Assembly: GCA_050010555.1 (NCBI GenBank) | Contig: JBEKKV010000002.1 | Span: 47,815-111,814, forward strand | Direction of reading: 5' to 3' | DNA: 64,000 nt | From: Dehalococcoidia bacterium | Lineage (GTDB): Bacteria; Chloroflexota; Dehalococcoidia; DSTF01; JALHUB01 | Shown: positions 1 to 8,958 of the stretch, piece after piece | Numbering within the stretch: the stretch's first letter is position 1 | Layout: each line of letters starts with the position of its first letter | Notes under the pieces: model-generated | Databases searched by the model: none | What the model was told of the DNA's origin: nothing | The model's input: only the letters and a program-made list of their open reading frames with translations | Position numbers and translations under genes: made by a program

Positions 1-821
1 CTCGATGTGTTGAGCGGCTGCGGGAGAACCTGCCAGAACTCGGGGGAACGCTCGCGGTCGATTCGACAGACATCAAGGCATGGGCTAACTGCGGGCATCA
101 CGACACCGATCCCGACGCTGGCACCGGCGCTAAGAAGAAGTCCGGCGGGACGCACTACTGGTATGGGTACAAGGTCCACACCGTCGTAGACGCTGACGCG
201 GAATTGCCCCTGTGGTTTTCGGTCACTGCGGCCAACACTTACGATGGCTCAATGCTTCCGCCCGTGCTAGAAGGCGCTCAGGCGCAATACGACTGGCTTA
301 GGCCGAAATACGTCACCGCAGACAAAGGCTACAACGCTCGGGCTTGCTTCGACTTTGTAGGCGAAGAGATGAAGGCGATTCCCGTTATCGACGTACAAAA
401 GCGCCAGTCGAAGGAAAGAGAAGGGCGGCCATGCGAAGCGAAGCCGATAGTGACACCGACCGGCCTTCATTGGCAATGCAACCGCCTTCCGTACGATCCG
501 GTTTGCCCTCGCTTCGGCAAATGCCCGCTCCTACCGATGTTCGCGGACGGTGAGTTGAACAAAAGCATCGGTGGCCGTTACTTCGAGCGCCATAGCCCGT
601 TTCCCTACGGCTCGTGCCAATGGAAGGCCATCTACAACAAGCGCGTGTCAGTGGAAAGAGTATTCAGCCGATTGAAGGGCTATCGGAAGCTAGACGCAAT
701 CAGGACGCGAGGGCTGCCGAAGGTATGGCTGCATGTAGCCTTAAGCTTACTCGCTATGAACGTTGCAGCCCTAGTCAACAGTGCTAATAGTGCAACGACG
801 CTGAGGAAATGCGTCGCGTAA
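1..821 (+). mobile_element. IS4/IS5-superfamily DDE transposase, 5'-truncated by the window edge. The reading frame is continuous from nt 3 through the listed 204..821 ORF.
   Basis: Manual translation from nt 3 gives ...DSTDIKAWANCGHHDTDPDAGTGAKKKSGGTHYWYGYKVHTVVDADAELPLWF... joined to the 204..821 ORF. The GYKxH...D and YNKRVSVERVFSRLK motifs are typical of DDE_Tnp_1 transposases. The listed 7..189 ORF is a different frame and is not the gene. Confidence 0.8.
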
Positions 822-849
822 CTATGGTATAATCTGACCGATAAACGAA

Positions 850-876
850 CCGCCTGTTGCTCGCAACAACAGGCGG
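850..876 (+). terminator. Stem-loop, 10-bp perfect stem (ccgcctgttg / caacaggcgg) with a 7-nt loop, just after the transposase stop. No U-tract follows. It could be an IS-terminal structure or a weak terminator.
   Basis: Inverted repeat read directly from the sequence. TATAAT at 832..837 lies just upstream. Confidence 0.3.
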
Positions 877-981
877 GAAGACCTCTCGCAAAGGCTGACC
901 TGAAGAGCTCCTCGCGCTCTTCGACAAGAGGGTACAGCCTAATGGTTGTCTCTGTCAAGCGCGAGAGGGGGGATTTAACCG

Positions 982-1410
982 ATGTTGACCCGAACTGACT
1001 GGCTTCTACGCTTCATTGCTGGCGCAGAAGGCTACGATGGTTGGATAGACCGTATTCGGATCATGAAAGGCATGTTCCTCTTTCAGGCTGAAGCGCCAGC
1101 GCCCCCAGAAGTGAATTACAGATTTCAACCATACGACTACGGCCCCTTCACCGCTGAGATATACCGAGACCTTGAGGCCCTGATCGAGAACGGCCATGTC
1201 CTTGATCTCCCTGGGGGTAAATCGTATCGGGCTACTCAGCAGGGCCGAGACCATCTGTCAAACCTGCAGTTTCCCCCTAAGCCATTGGAGGGCTTGATTA
1301 ACATGCGGGTTGAGGTCTCGGATTTGAACTTCCGCGACTTGCTCAAGCGAGTCTATTCTGCGCACCCCGAATCGGCTCGTAGGAGTGTTGCCAAGGATAT
1401 TCTGCATTGA
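982..1410 (+). CDS. Panacea-domain (DUF4065, PanA/SocA-like antitoxin-type) protein
   Basis: 142 aa. RIRIMKGMFLFQAE...NYRFQPYDYGPFTAEIYRDLEAL matches the Panacea pattern (KLxKLLYxA ... F.AW.YGPV.pElY). GC is lower than flanking genes. The stop overlaps the next start (TTGA). Confidence 0.5.
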   Translation: MLTRTDWLLRFIAGAEGYDGWIDRIRIMKGMFLFQAEAPAPPEVNYRFQPYDYGPFTAEIYRDLEALIENGHVLDLPGGKSYRATQQGRDHLSNLQFPPKPLEGLINMRVEVSDLNFRDLLKRVYSAHPESARRSVAKDILH

Positions 1411-2138
1411 CGATCGTCGTAGGGTTCTGTTGCGATGCAGGGCTTGTAATCGCTTCTGATAGCCAGATTTCCGCTGGTGCCACGCGGCGCTGGGGACAGA
1501 AGGTTTGGGCAGTACCCGCTCTAGGATTCACGTTCGGGCTTGCCGGGGCCGAGTCCACAATGCAGTTGCTTCAGGACTATCTTCTAAACGCCACCTTCGA
1601 TTCGACAGATGTAAACCTAGTTCGTCTCAAGATTACCGAGGCTGTGTCCGCCGTACTCAAACCTGAATATGATCGTGTGGCCTCACTCATCGCAGGAACA
1701 ACTGCCAGCAACTTGCCGCTAGGTGAAGCCCTCGTAGGGATTTACGTCGGGGGTCGGCCCCATCTCTTTGAACTCGCCGCTAACGGACTCGTGACAGATC
1801 ATCACGTAAGGAACTTCGCGGCTATTGGAGCGGGCAAGCCATTCGCCGAGCATGCCGCCACAATATTCCGAGACCTTCCAGCGGGCATGACTCTGCACCA
1901 GGCGAAGATGTTAGCCTTCCGAATGGTTCAGGATGCAATCGAGGCGGCAGGTCCAAACATACCTGTAGGCGGTCCTGTGCAGATGGCCTCAGTTTCACCT
2001 GGCCCTCCACCAACCCCTGTTCTACTCCAACCGGATGACCCTGCCCTGAAGGATGCTGTAGACGGTTGGATGGCGGCCGAGGCCATGAGGTTTCAGGAAC
2101 ACCTCCCGCCAGGGGAAGAACCCCCTCCGCCCTCCTAG
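1407..2138 (+). CDS. HslV/20S-proteasome-beta-like Ntn-hydrolase (N-terminal Thr peptidase fold) with a Pro-rich C-terminal extension
   Basis: MTIVVGFCCDAGLVIASDSQISAGATRRWGQKVW aligns with the HslV N-terminus ([33 protein letters not shown]), including Thr2 and Lys. AAIGAGKPFAEHAA matches the GSG..A motif. It has a TTG start in a 4-nt overlap with the upstream gene, and lower GC. Confidence 0.6.
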   Translation: MTIVVGFCCDAGLVIASDSQISAGATRRWGQKVWAVPALGFTFGLAGAESTMQLLQDYLLNATFDSTDVNLVRLKITEAVSAVLKPEYDRVASLIAGTTASNLPLGEALVGIYVGGRPHLFELAANGLVTDHHVRNFAAIGAGKPFAEHAATIFRDLPAGMTLHQAKMLAFRMVQDAIEAAGPNIPVGGPVQMASVSPGPPPTPVLLQPDDPALKDAVDGWMAAEAMRFQEHLPPGEEPPPPS

Positions 2139-2163
2139 CCGCCCAGGGTTTCGCAACAGGCTA

Positions 2164-2193
2164 TTGACTTCCTTACACGCTAGCGTGTAAGAT
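2164..2193 (+). promoter_or_regulatory. Sigma-70-like promoter (TTGACT, 18-nt spacer, TAAGAT) overlapped by a perfect 18-bp palindrome TTACACGCTAGCGTGTAA (2173..2190). Probable operator for the downstream HTH protein.
   Basis: The palindrome is its own reverse complement. It lies immediately upstream of the XRE-HTH gene. Confidence 0.5.
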
Positions 2194-2199
2194 GGCCGC

Positions 2200-2451
2200 A
2201 TGGCAAAGGGAAAGCGAAGGGCCGTTTGGAACGCTGGCCGCATCCACGGACTGCGGGACCACCTGGGCCTGACGCAGACGCAGATGGCGGAGGAGATGGG
2301 CACCCGCCAGCAGACGATAAGCGAGTGGGAGACGGGGCAGTACGAGCCGCGTGGGGCGTCCGCCCAGCTCCTGACGCTTATCGCCGAGCGGGTCGGCTTC
2401 GTCTACGAGGCGAAGGCCGGCGGGACCGTCGAAGAGGGACGCGAAGGCTAG
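2200..2451 (+). CDS. XRE-family helix-turn-helix transcriptional regulator (Cro/C1-type)
   Basis: LGLTQTQMAEEMGTRQQTISEWETGQYEPRGASAQLL is a classic HTH_XRE segment. 83 aa. Its stop overlaps the start of the next gene. Confidence 0.7.
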   Translation: MAKGKRRAVWNAGRIHGLRDHLGLTQTQMAEEMGTRQQTISEWETGQYEPRGASAQLLTLIAERVGFVYEAKAGGTVEEGREG

Positions 2452-2452
2452 G

Positions 2453-3892
2453 ATGCCGCTGCTTCTAGGGGAAAGACGGGCGGGCTACGACGCGGCGGGG
2501 GCGGAAGAGGCGTGTCCGGAAAAGGCGTCCGAAAGCGCTCTCCTCCTTGATTTCCCGGCCAGCGCGCCGCAGCTCCATGAAGAGGAGTTGGTGCGCCTCT
2601 GGGAAGGACAGCGCTTTCCCCGCGAGGCGCTGCGCCTCCGCGACGGGCAGGCCCTTCAGGTGGTCTATCGCGGCCGTCGCAACCTTTCCGCCGGCCCTGA
2701 CTTTCTGAGCGCACTCATCGCTGACGAGCGGGGCCGCCTGCTGAAAGGCGACGTAGAGTTGCACGTCCGCTCCAGCGCCTTCGTCTCCCACGGCCATCAC
2801 CTCGATCCGCGCTACGACAACCTCATCCTCCACGTGGTCTTCCACGATGACGTCGGCGCTCCCACATTGCTTCGCTGCGGCCGGCGCGTTGCCGTGGTCG
2901 CCCTGGCGCCCTGGGTGGCCCGCCGCGCCGAGGAGTTGCGGCTCTGGCTGGCGCAGCCTTCCTCCTGGTCCGAGCCCTGTCGCAGCGCGGTGGCCAGAAG
3001 CGGCTGGCCCGAGGTCAGGGGCCTCCTGGAACGGCTGGGGCAGATGCGTTTCCGCCAGAAACAGGCTCGCTTTGCCGCCGTTCTCCGACGACAGGGCGCT
3101 AATCAGACGCTCTACGAAGGCCTGCTCAAGGCGCTGGGCTACAGCCGGAACGAGGAGACCTTCTCCCGCCTGGCCCAGGCGTTCCCCTATGAAGAGCTGC
3201 GTCGCACCCTCGACCGCGAGGGGCAGACGGTGGCGGAGGCGCTCCTTTTTGGCCGGGCCGGCCTTCTCCCCAGCCAGCGCCGCCTGAAAGCAGCCGGCTC
3301 GCCCTACGTCTCGCGCCTGGAGGAGCTCTGGGCGCGGCGACGCTCGGAGCCGCCGGCGCCGGTGCTGTGGCAATTGAGCGGGCTTCGTCCCAACAACCTG
3401 CCTGCCCGCCGCCTGGCCGGCTTCGTGCGCCTTCTGTCGCGCTGGCCCAGCCTTGTCGCCGGCCTGTCCCTCCTGGAGGAAGCGGACTGCCTTCCCCTGT
3501 CGAAGCTGCTCGCCGCCTGGCAGGTGCCGGCGGATGGCTTCTGGCGCAATCATCACGACCTCTCGGAGGGGAGCGGTGCGCCGGCCGGAGCCCTCATCGG
3601 CCGCGGCAGGGCGCTGGAGATGCTCACAAACGTCGTGCTGCCGTTCGCCGCCGCCTGGGGAGAGGCCCGCTCCCTCGACGATCTCTCAAGACAGGCGCTG
3701 GCGGTCTTCCTGCGCCTGCCCTCGGCTGGCTCCTACAGCGGCACCCGCTTCTTGGAATCGAACTTCCGGCCGCTGTCCGGCCCAGACCATCGCGACGCCT
3801 GCCTCCAGCAGGGGCGCCTCTACCTCTACCGACAGTACTGTTCAGCCGGCGAGTGCACGGTCTGCCCCCTCTCCGCGCTGCACGCCGTGTGA
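2453..3892 (+). CDS. DUF2851 family protein
   Basis: The N-terminus EELVRLWEGQRF...DGQALQVVYRGRRNLSAGPDFLSALI...GDVELHVRSSAFVSHGHHLDPRYDNLILHVVFHDD matches the conserved DUF2851 signature (LxxIWQ...GPDF...VElH..sSDW..HgH..D..Y.NvILHVV). Confidence 0.65.
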   Translation: MPLLLGERRAGYDAAGAEEACPEKASESALLLDFPASAPQLHEEELVRLWEGQRFPREALRLRDGQALQVVYRGRRNLSAGPDFLSALIADERGRLLKGDVELHVRSSAFVSHGHHLDPRYDNLILHVVFHDDVGAPTLLRCGRRVAVVALAPWVARRAEELRLWLAQPSSWSEPCRSAVARSGWPEVRGLLERLGQMRFRQKQARFAAVLRRQGANQTLYEGLLKALGYSRNEETFSRLAQAFPYEELRRTLDREGQTVAEALLFGRAGLLPSQRRLKAAGSPYVSRLEELWARRRSEPPAPVLWQLSGLRPNNLPARRLAGFVRLLSRWPSLVAGLSLLEEADCLPLSKLLAAWQVPADGFWRNHHDLSEGSGAPAGALIGRGRALEMLTNVVLPFAAAWGEARSLDDLSRQALAVFLRLPSAGSYSGTRFLESNFRPLSGPDHRDACLQQGRLYLYRQYCSAGECTVCPLSALHAV

Positions 3893-3967
3893 GACGCCTG
3901 CTCCAGACCGGCCAGTCCGAAGCCGACGATTGAGGGGAGACGGGAGGAGGCGATGCCCGCCCGGCTT

Positions 3968-4984
3968 CTACGACTGCGGGAGGCCGAAGCCGCTGAGGAC
4001 GTCCTGCTCCAGGCCGGCCCTTTCGCCTCGTTGGAAGCGGAAGTAGCCGCAGGCCGCGACCATGGCGGCGTTGTCGGTACAGAGGACCGGCGGCGGCAGG
4101 CGGACGGGGACAGGGGCGCGCCGGACGAGGGCCTCACGCAGCGCCCTGTTGGCGGCCACGCCACCGGACACCACTATCTCCGTCACCCGCTCGTCGCGCG
4201 CCGCCCGCACGGTCTTGGCGACCAGCACGTCGACGACCGCATCCTGAAAGGCGGCGGCGATCTCTGCCCGTGGTAGATCCTCCTCGCCCTGTTCGCGAAC
4301 CACGCGCAAAACAGCGGTCTTCAGGCCGCTGAAGCTGAAATCGTAGCCACCGGCTAGCCAGGCCCGCGGCAGCCGCCAGCGCCGTCGCGCCTCCGCCGGC
4401 ACTCCCGCCGCCGCCCTCTCGACGGCCGGGCCGCCCGGAAAGCCCAGGTCGAGCAGTCGCGCCACCTTGTCGAACGCCTCGCCGGCGGCGTCGTCCCGCG
4501 TGCGACCGAGCAACCTGTAGCGACCGTGGTCGCTCATGACCAGCAGGTCGGTATGGCCGCCGGAGACGATGAGGGCGAGAAGCGGGAACTCCGGCGGCTC
4601 TCGCCCTGAGCCGGCGACGTCCAGCCAATTGGCGTAGATGTGCGCCTCGAGGTGGCTGACGCCCACGAGCGGCAGCCCGCGGGCGAAAGCGATCGCTTTG
4701 GCTGTGTTGAGACCCACCAGCAGCGAGCCCGACAGGCCGGGCCCGACGGTCACGGCGATGGCCGCGAGGTCGCTCCAGGCGCAGCCCGCCTCGGAAAGGG
4801 CCTCCTCGACGACGGGCAGCAGGCTCTCGAGGTGCTTTCGCGACGCCATCTCCGGCACCACGCCGCCGTAGCGGGCGTGCAGGCTCACCTGAGAAGCGAT
4901 GACGCTGCTAACGATGCGCCGGCCGTCCTCGACGACGGCGGCTGCGGACTCGTCGCAGGAGGACTCGATGCCCAGGATATTCAT
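3968..4984 (-). CDS. tsaD: tRNA N6-adenosine threonylcarbamoyltransferase TsaD
   Basis: [18 protein letters not shown]...[18 protein letters not shown] is the Kae1/TsaD family N-terminus. 338 aa. Confidence 0.9.
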   Translation of the reverse strand: MNILGIESSCDESAAAVVEDGRRIVSSVIASQVSLHARYGGVVPEMASRKHLESLLPVVEEALSEAGCAWSDLAAIAVTVGPGLSGSLLVGLNTAKAIAFARGLPLVGVSHLEAHIYANWLDVAGSGREPPEFPLLALIVSGGHTDLLVMSDHGRYRLLGRTRDDAAGEAFDKVARLLDLGFPGGPAVERAAAGVPAEARRRWRLPRAWLAGGYDFSFSGLKTAVLRVVREQGEEDLPRAEIAAAFQDAVVDVLVAKTVRAARDERVTEIVVSGGVAANRALREALVRRAPVPVRLPPPVLCTDNAAMVAACGYFRFQRGERAGLEQDVLSGFGLPQS

Positions 4985-4995
4985 CGACTGCGTCT

Positions 4996-7089
4996 TCAGG
5001 GGTTGGCGTCTTGCGGGCCGGGCGCGGACGGAAGGCCGGCGACGAAGAGGGAATCGCCGTTCAGAACGTAGATGCGGGCGGTCACCTCGTCCACCGCCAC
5101 CGCCTGCGGGTCGGTCAGTTGGCTGCTGACGAACTGGCGCTCGAAGCGACCGTCGCCGCTAAAGAGGACGATGCGCTTGTTGCCGCGGTCCACCACCATC
5201 AGACTACCGTCGGACAGGGGCAGCAGCGAAGCGGCGGAGGTGAGCGGCCTGTCCAGCCCCGCCATGTCGAAGGCCACCTCCTGGCCGGCGGAGAAGCGGC
5301 GGATCTTTCCGTCTTCGCCGAGGACGTAGATATCGCCGTTCACGGCCAATCCGATCGCGCTGGAGAAGTCCGACCCTTCGATCGAGGCGGTTGGCTCCCG
5401 CGCCGTGCCGTCTTCGCCCGCCGGATAGTGCCATACCTGGCCGCTCTGCTTGTCGAGGGCGTAGAGGCCGTCGTCGCCGGCGTAGAGGCTGTCCAGAGAG
5501 CGCCACTCGCCGTCGCCGCCCAACGACAGCGGCCGCGGCTCCGCGTTGGGGCTCAGAGAGAACAGATGGTTGTCGCTATCGAGGACGAGCAGGCTGCCGC
5601 CGTTCGGATCGGGCAACCAGGTGATCTGGACGGGTTTTGCCGCCTTTATCATTCCGACCAGGTCGCCCTCGTTGAGCACTTCTTTCGTTTCGCCTTCCGG
5701 GTCGGTCAGCTTGACGGAGACGACGCGGTTTTTCTTGCCGTCGAGAAGATAGGCTTGCCCACCGCCGACGACAAGCTGCTGGAGCGCGAGATCGCCGGTG
5801 AGCTGCGTCTTCAAGTCGGCGACGGGCCGCAGGTCTGCCAGCTCCTGGACGCCGTTCATGGTCGCGACGGCCCCGGCCACTTCACTCTTCAGGCTGAGAA
5901 GCCCGACATCGGCGGCGCGAATGCCTTCGGCCTGGGCCAGGCTGCTGCTCGCCTCGTTGAGGAGGCGGCGCTGCTCCGACGGGTCGGAGGTGGAAACCGA
6001 GGCGTTGTAGTCGTTTCTCGCCGTTGTCATCAGGGAATCGAACTTCTGGTCGCGCGTGCCCTGGATCGAGCTGGGCATCACCCACCAGGCGAGCAGCCCG
6101 ATAACAACAAGAAGAAGAACACCCGGCAGCAGCCAGACGGGGAGGCGCTTCGTGAGGCGGCTGACCGGCGCCGGGCCGTTGTGACGAAGCCCGGGTTGGG
6201 AGGCCCGCAGCCGGACGGTCTGCCTGCCGGGCGCCGGCGCGCTGACGGCCACCGGCGCCAGCTCCAGCGGCGAGAGCAGGTGGAAGTCGGTCTGGCTGTC
6301 CTCTTCGTATGGAGCAGGCTCGCGACGGAGAGAGGACGGCGGAGCCACGGCGGGTGTCGGGGAGACGGCGACCGGCGGCGCTGCTTCCGCGGGCAGGCCG
6401 CTCGGCGTGGTTTCTCGCTCGACCGCCGTCTCCTCGGCCTCGAAGCAGGTCAGCAGGAAGACGGAGAAGTCCGGCTGGTCGCGGGTAAGGAGGTAGAGCT
6501 CGGAGAGCGCCTCTTCCGCATCCAGCGCCAGCAGCGTACGGATGTGGTCTTCATCGACGACCTCCGTCAGCGCCGGCGAGGCGACGAGAAGAAGATCGCC
6601 GGGCGAGAGCTCGTAGCGACGCAGTTGTGGTCGCAACTCGTCACCGAGGCCGAGAGCGACGCTTGCCGCGGGGTCTTCGGCGACGAGGCGGGTAACCGAG
6701 CCCTCATGACGGAAGTAGGCCAGGCTGGGCCCGGCCTGGGCGAGATAAGCGACCGTCCCGCGAACGACAAGACAACTCAGGCCCGCGCCCACCTGGTGCT
6801 CGCGGAGGCTGCGGCGGTTCCAGTCGCGCAGGTTCTCGTGGGCGGCGCTTATTGCCTTCGTCAGGGCGCCGGTTATAGAGAGGTTCTGGCGCTCGAAGAG
6901 GTGGCCGACGACGGCGACGAGCTGGCCGCAGAACTCCTCGCTACCGGGAAGGGCGGGCTGCGCCAGGACGTAGAGGTCGATAGGTTCTTCGCCGGAGGGT
7001 TGGAGGCTGAACTTCCCTTGCCAGGGTCCGGCTTGCTGCGCCTGACCCCGCACGATGCCGAACTGCCCCACCCACGTCCTGACAGCCAT
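4996..7089 (-). CDS. Multidomain protein: N-terminal PPM/PP2C-like (possibly degenerate) phosphatase domain, a Pro/Ala-rich linker, one TM helix, and a C-terminal NHL-type beta-propeller
   Basis: N-terminal ...[10 protein letters not shown]...DLYVLAQ...[24 protein letters not shown]...[11 protein letters not shown] is PP2C-like. The TM is [23 protein letters not shown]-terminal repeats are [12 protein letters not shown] / [14 protein letters not shown]. Confidence 0.45.
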   Translation of the reverse strand: MAVRTWVGQFGIVRGQAQQAGPWQGKFSLQPSGEEPIDLYVLAQPALPGSEEFCGQLVAVVGHLFERQNLSITGALTKAISAAHENLRDWNRRSLREHQVGAGLSCLVVRGTVAYLAQAGPSLAYFRHEGSVTRLVAEDPAASVALGLGDELRPQLRRYELSPGDLLLVASPALTEVVDEDHIRTLLALDAEEALSELYLLTRDQPDFSVFLLTCFEAEETAVERETTPSGLPAEAAPPVAVSPTPAVAPPSSLRREPAPYEEDSQTDFHLLSPLELAPVAVSAPAPGRQTVRLRASQPGLRHNGPAPVSRLTKRLPVWLLPGVLLLVVIGLLAWWVMPSSIQGTRDQKFDSLMTTARNDYNASVSTSDPSEQRRLLNEASSSLAQAEGIRAADVGLLSLKSEVAGAVATMNGVQELADLRPVADLKTQLTGDLALQQLVVGGGQAYLLDGKKNRVVSVKLTDPEGETKEVLNEGDLVGMIKAAKPVQITWLPDPNGGSLLVLDSDNHLFSLSPNAEPRPLSLGGDGEWRSLDSLYAGDDGLYALDKQSGQVWHYPAGEDGTAREPTASIEGSDFSSAIGLAVNGDIYVLGEDGKIRRFSAGQEVAFDMAGLDRPLTSAASLLPLSDGSLMVVDRGNKRIVLFSGDGRFERQFVSSQLTDPQAVAVDEVTARIYVLNGDSLFVAGLPSAPGPQDANP

Positions 7090-7385
7090 CGGTTGCAGAT
7101 TATACCATCATTATGCTGCGGTACAAGCGGGTGACTGCGTTGTCGATGGCGTTTTCGACGCCGCTGAAGGCGTGTAGGGCGCTCCGCAAACGTTAGCCGA
7201 CAGTCCGCCAAACTTATTGCGTGGCCGCGTCTCGCCGTGCTATTATGCCGTTTGCTGTGTCTTTCGGTCGCTGCGGCCCGCGGCGCCTTCGACTCCATAT
7301 GCTTAAGCCGTGAAGGGCGCTGTATGCTGTTTCGACTGTTCGCCGTCGCGAATAGGGCCCCGCTGGGCAGCAAGGAAAGGGGGGA

Positions 7386-7868
7386 TTGATGCACGTTACA
7401 ATCGACGGGTACGGCGGTGACCCCCAGAAGCTGGCCGACGAGAACCTGGTGCGCGCGTTCTTGGACCTCTGCCCCTCGGCGATAGGGATGACCAAGATCG
7501 CGCCTCCTTACGTTTGCCGCTATGTCGGCGCGAAGCCGGAAGACTGGGGCGTCTCGGGCTTCGTCCTCATTGCTGAAAGCCACATCTCGGCTCATACTTT
7601 TCCCGACCACGGCTACATATGGGTGGACGTCTTCTCCTGCAAGAGCTTCAACGCCGAGCAGGCGGTAGACGAGATTCGGCAGCGCTTCCAGCTCAGCGAT
7701 CTGCGCGTCCACACTCTGCCGCGGGGCCTGGAGTTTCCGCATAGCGTGCCGGAAGCCGTGCCGCTTGCCGGCTCGGAACGGCATGGGGTCGCCGACTCCC
7801 TGCAGGACCTGTCTGATGGCAGGCCGAGCACGGAGGCGAACGCGGCCCACCCCTTGTTACCCTCCTGA
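7386..7868 (+). CDS. speH: S-adenosylmethionine decarboxylase proenzyme (pyruvoyl-dependent, SpeH type)
   Basis: GVSGFVLIAESHISAHTFPDHGYIWVDVFSCKS matches the SpeH ESH self-cleavage region ([29 protein letters not shown]). Confidence 0.8.
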   Translation: MMHVTIDGYGGDPQKLADENLVRAFLDLCPSAIGMTKIAPPYVCRYVGAKPEDWGVSGFVLIAESHISAHTFPDHGYIWVDVFSCKSFNAEQAVDEIRQRFQLSDLRVHTLPRGLEFPHSVPEAVPLAGSERHGVADSLQDLSDGRPSTEANAAHPLLPS

Positions 7869-7891
7869 CCAGCATTCATCTTCCGGGAGAC

Positions 7892-8950
7892 TTGCTCGTG
7901 GACGACCTCCTTCACTCTCGCGTCCGGCCGTTCTCCGTCGGCTGTCCAATGACTGCGGCGCAGTTTCTCGACGCGATGGGCGGCACGGCGTTTCAGGCGC
8001 GGAACCTGGCCGAAGCCGCACGCATCTGGTCGCGCATGCTCGAGGACGACGTCGTGATCATGTTCGGGCTGGCCGGCGCGATGGTGCCGGGAGGAATGCG
8101 GAAGGTTATCGCCTACCTGATTGAGAACCGCATGATCGACGTTCTCGTCAGCACCGGCGCGAACCTGTTTCACGACGTGTACGAGACGCTGGGCAAGCCG
8201 CACTACCAGGGCAGCGCCGAATCCGATGATCAGGAGTTGGGCCGGCGGCGAATAAACCGTTTCTATGACGTGCTGGCCCCCGAGGCCGATTTCTCCGCCG
8301 CCGAAGAGTTCATCACCCAGTTCTCGTTCACGCTCGACGGCTCGCGACCCTACAGCACGCGTGAGTACTTCCAGCGACTCGGCGAGGCTCTCCTGCCGGT
8401 GGCGCAAGAGGAGGGTATTCTTACCGCCGCCGCCCGGCGCGGCCTGCCGGTCTATTCGCCTGCCCTCGGCGATAGCGTTCACGGCCTGGCGATCGCCGTC
8501 GGACGTGTCCGCAGCGCCCGCTCGGGCCAGAAGTCTCTGCCCGTCCTCTTCGACATCATCGGCGACGTGCTGGAGACCGCGCATATCGCAGCGACGGCGC
8601 CGGCAACCGGCGTCATCTACGTCGGCGGTGGGACGCCGAAGAACTTCATCCAGCAGGCGGAGGTCGGCGGCTACATCTTCCGGCGGGAGCTTCCCGGCCA
8701 CAAGTACGCGATCCAGGTTACTATGGACCAGCCGCAATGGGGCGGCCTCTCCGGCTGCACGTTCGAAGAGGCGCAGTCGTGGCGGAAGATCGCGGCGGAC
8801 GCGACGATGGCGACCGTGAACGTGGAGGCGACCGTCGCGCTGCCGCTCATCGTGAGCGCGCTGGCCGAGAGCAGTTCGGGAATCATCGAAAAGCGCCGTC
8901 CGCCGGCGATCAGCTTCGACGGCATGCTCGGCGCCTTGCGCGAAGGCTGA
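7892..8950 (+). CDS. Deoxyhypusine synthase-like protein (DHS/homospermidine-synthase family)
   Basis: It has the DHS-family Rossmann-like layout. Motifs include VLVSTGANLFHD and VGGGTPKNF. The true start may be the internal Met at about 7949. Confidence 0.6.
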   Translation: MLVDDLLHSRVRPFSVGCPMTAAQFLDAMGGTAFQARNLAEAARIWSRMLEDDVVIMFGLAGAMVPGGMRKVIAYLIENRMIDVLVSTGANLFHDVYETLGKPHYQGSAESDDQELGRRRINRFYDVLAPEADFSAAEEFITQFSFTLDGSRPYSTREYFQRLGEALLPVAQEEGILTAAARRGLPVYSPALGDSVHGLAIAVGRVRSARSGQKSLPVLFDIIGDVLETAHIAATAPATGVIYVGGGTPKNFIQQAEVGGYIFRRELPGHKYAIQVTMDQPQWGGLSGCTFEEAQSWRKIAADATMATVNVEATVALPLIVSALAESSSGIIEKRRPPAISFDGMLGALREG

Positions 8951-8958
8951 GCGCGACG

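Noticed and set aside
2465-3556. 363-aa minus-strand ORF
   Set aside because: It is antisense to the DUF2851 gene, whose N-terminus matches the family signature.
5011-7134. 707-aa + strand ORF
   Set aside because: It is antisense to the well-supported PP2C-propeller gene. It has no recognisable domains, Arg/Gly/Ala-rich composition and is a typical high-GC artefact.
8737-8958. Long 5' extension of the agmatinase ORF
   Set aside because: It overlaps the end of the DHS-like gene and has junk-like composition. The conserved agmatinase sequence begins at the Met at 8959.
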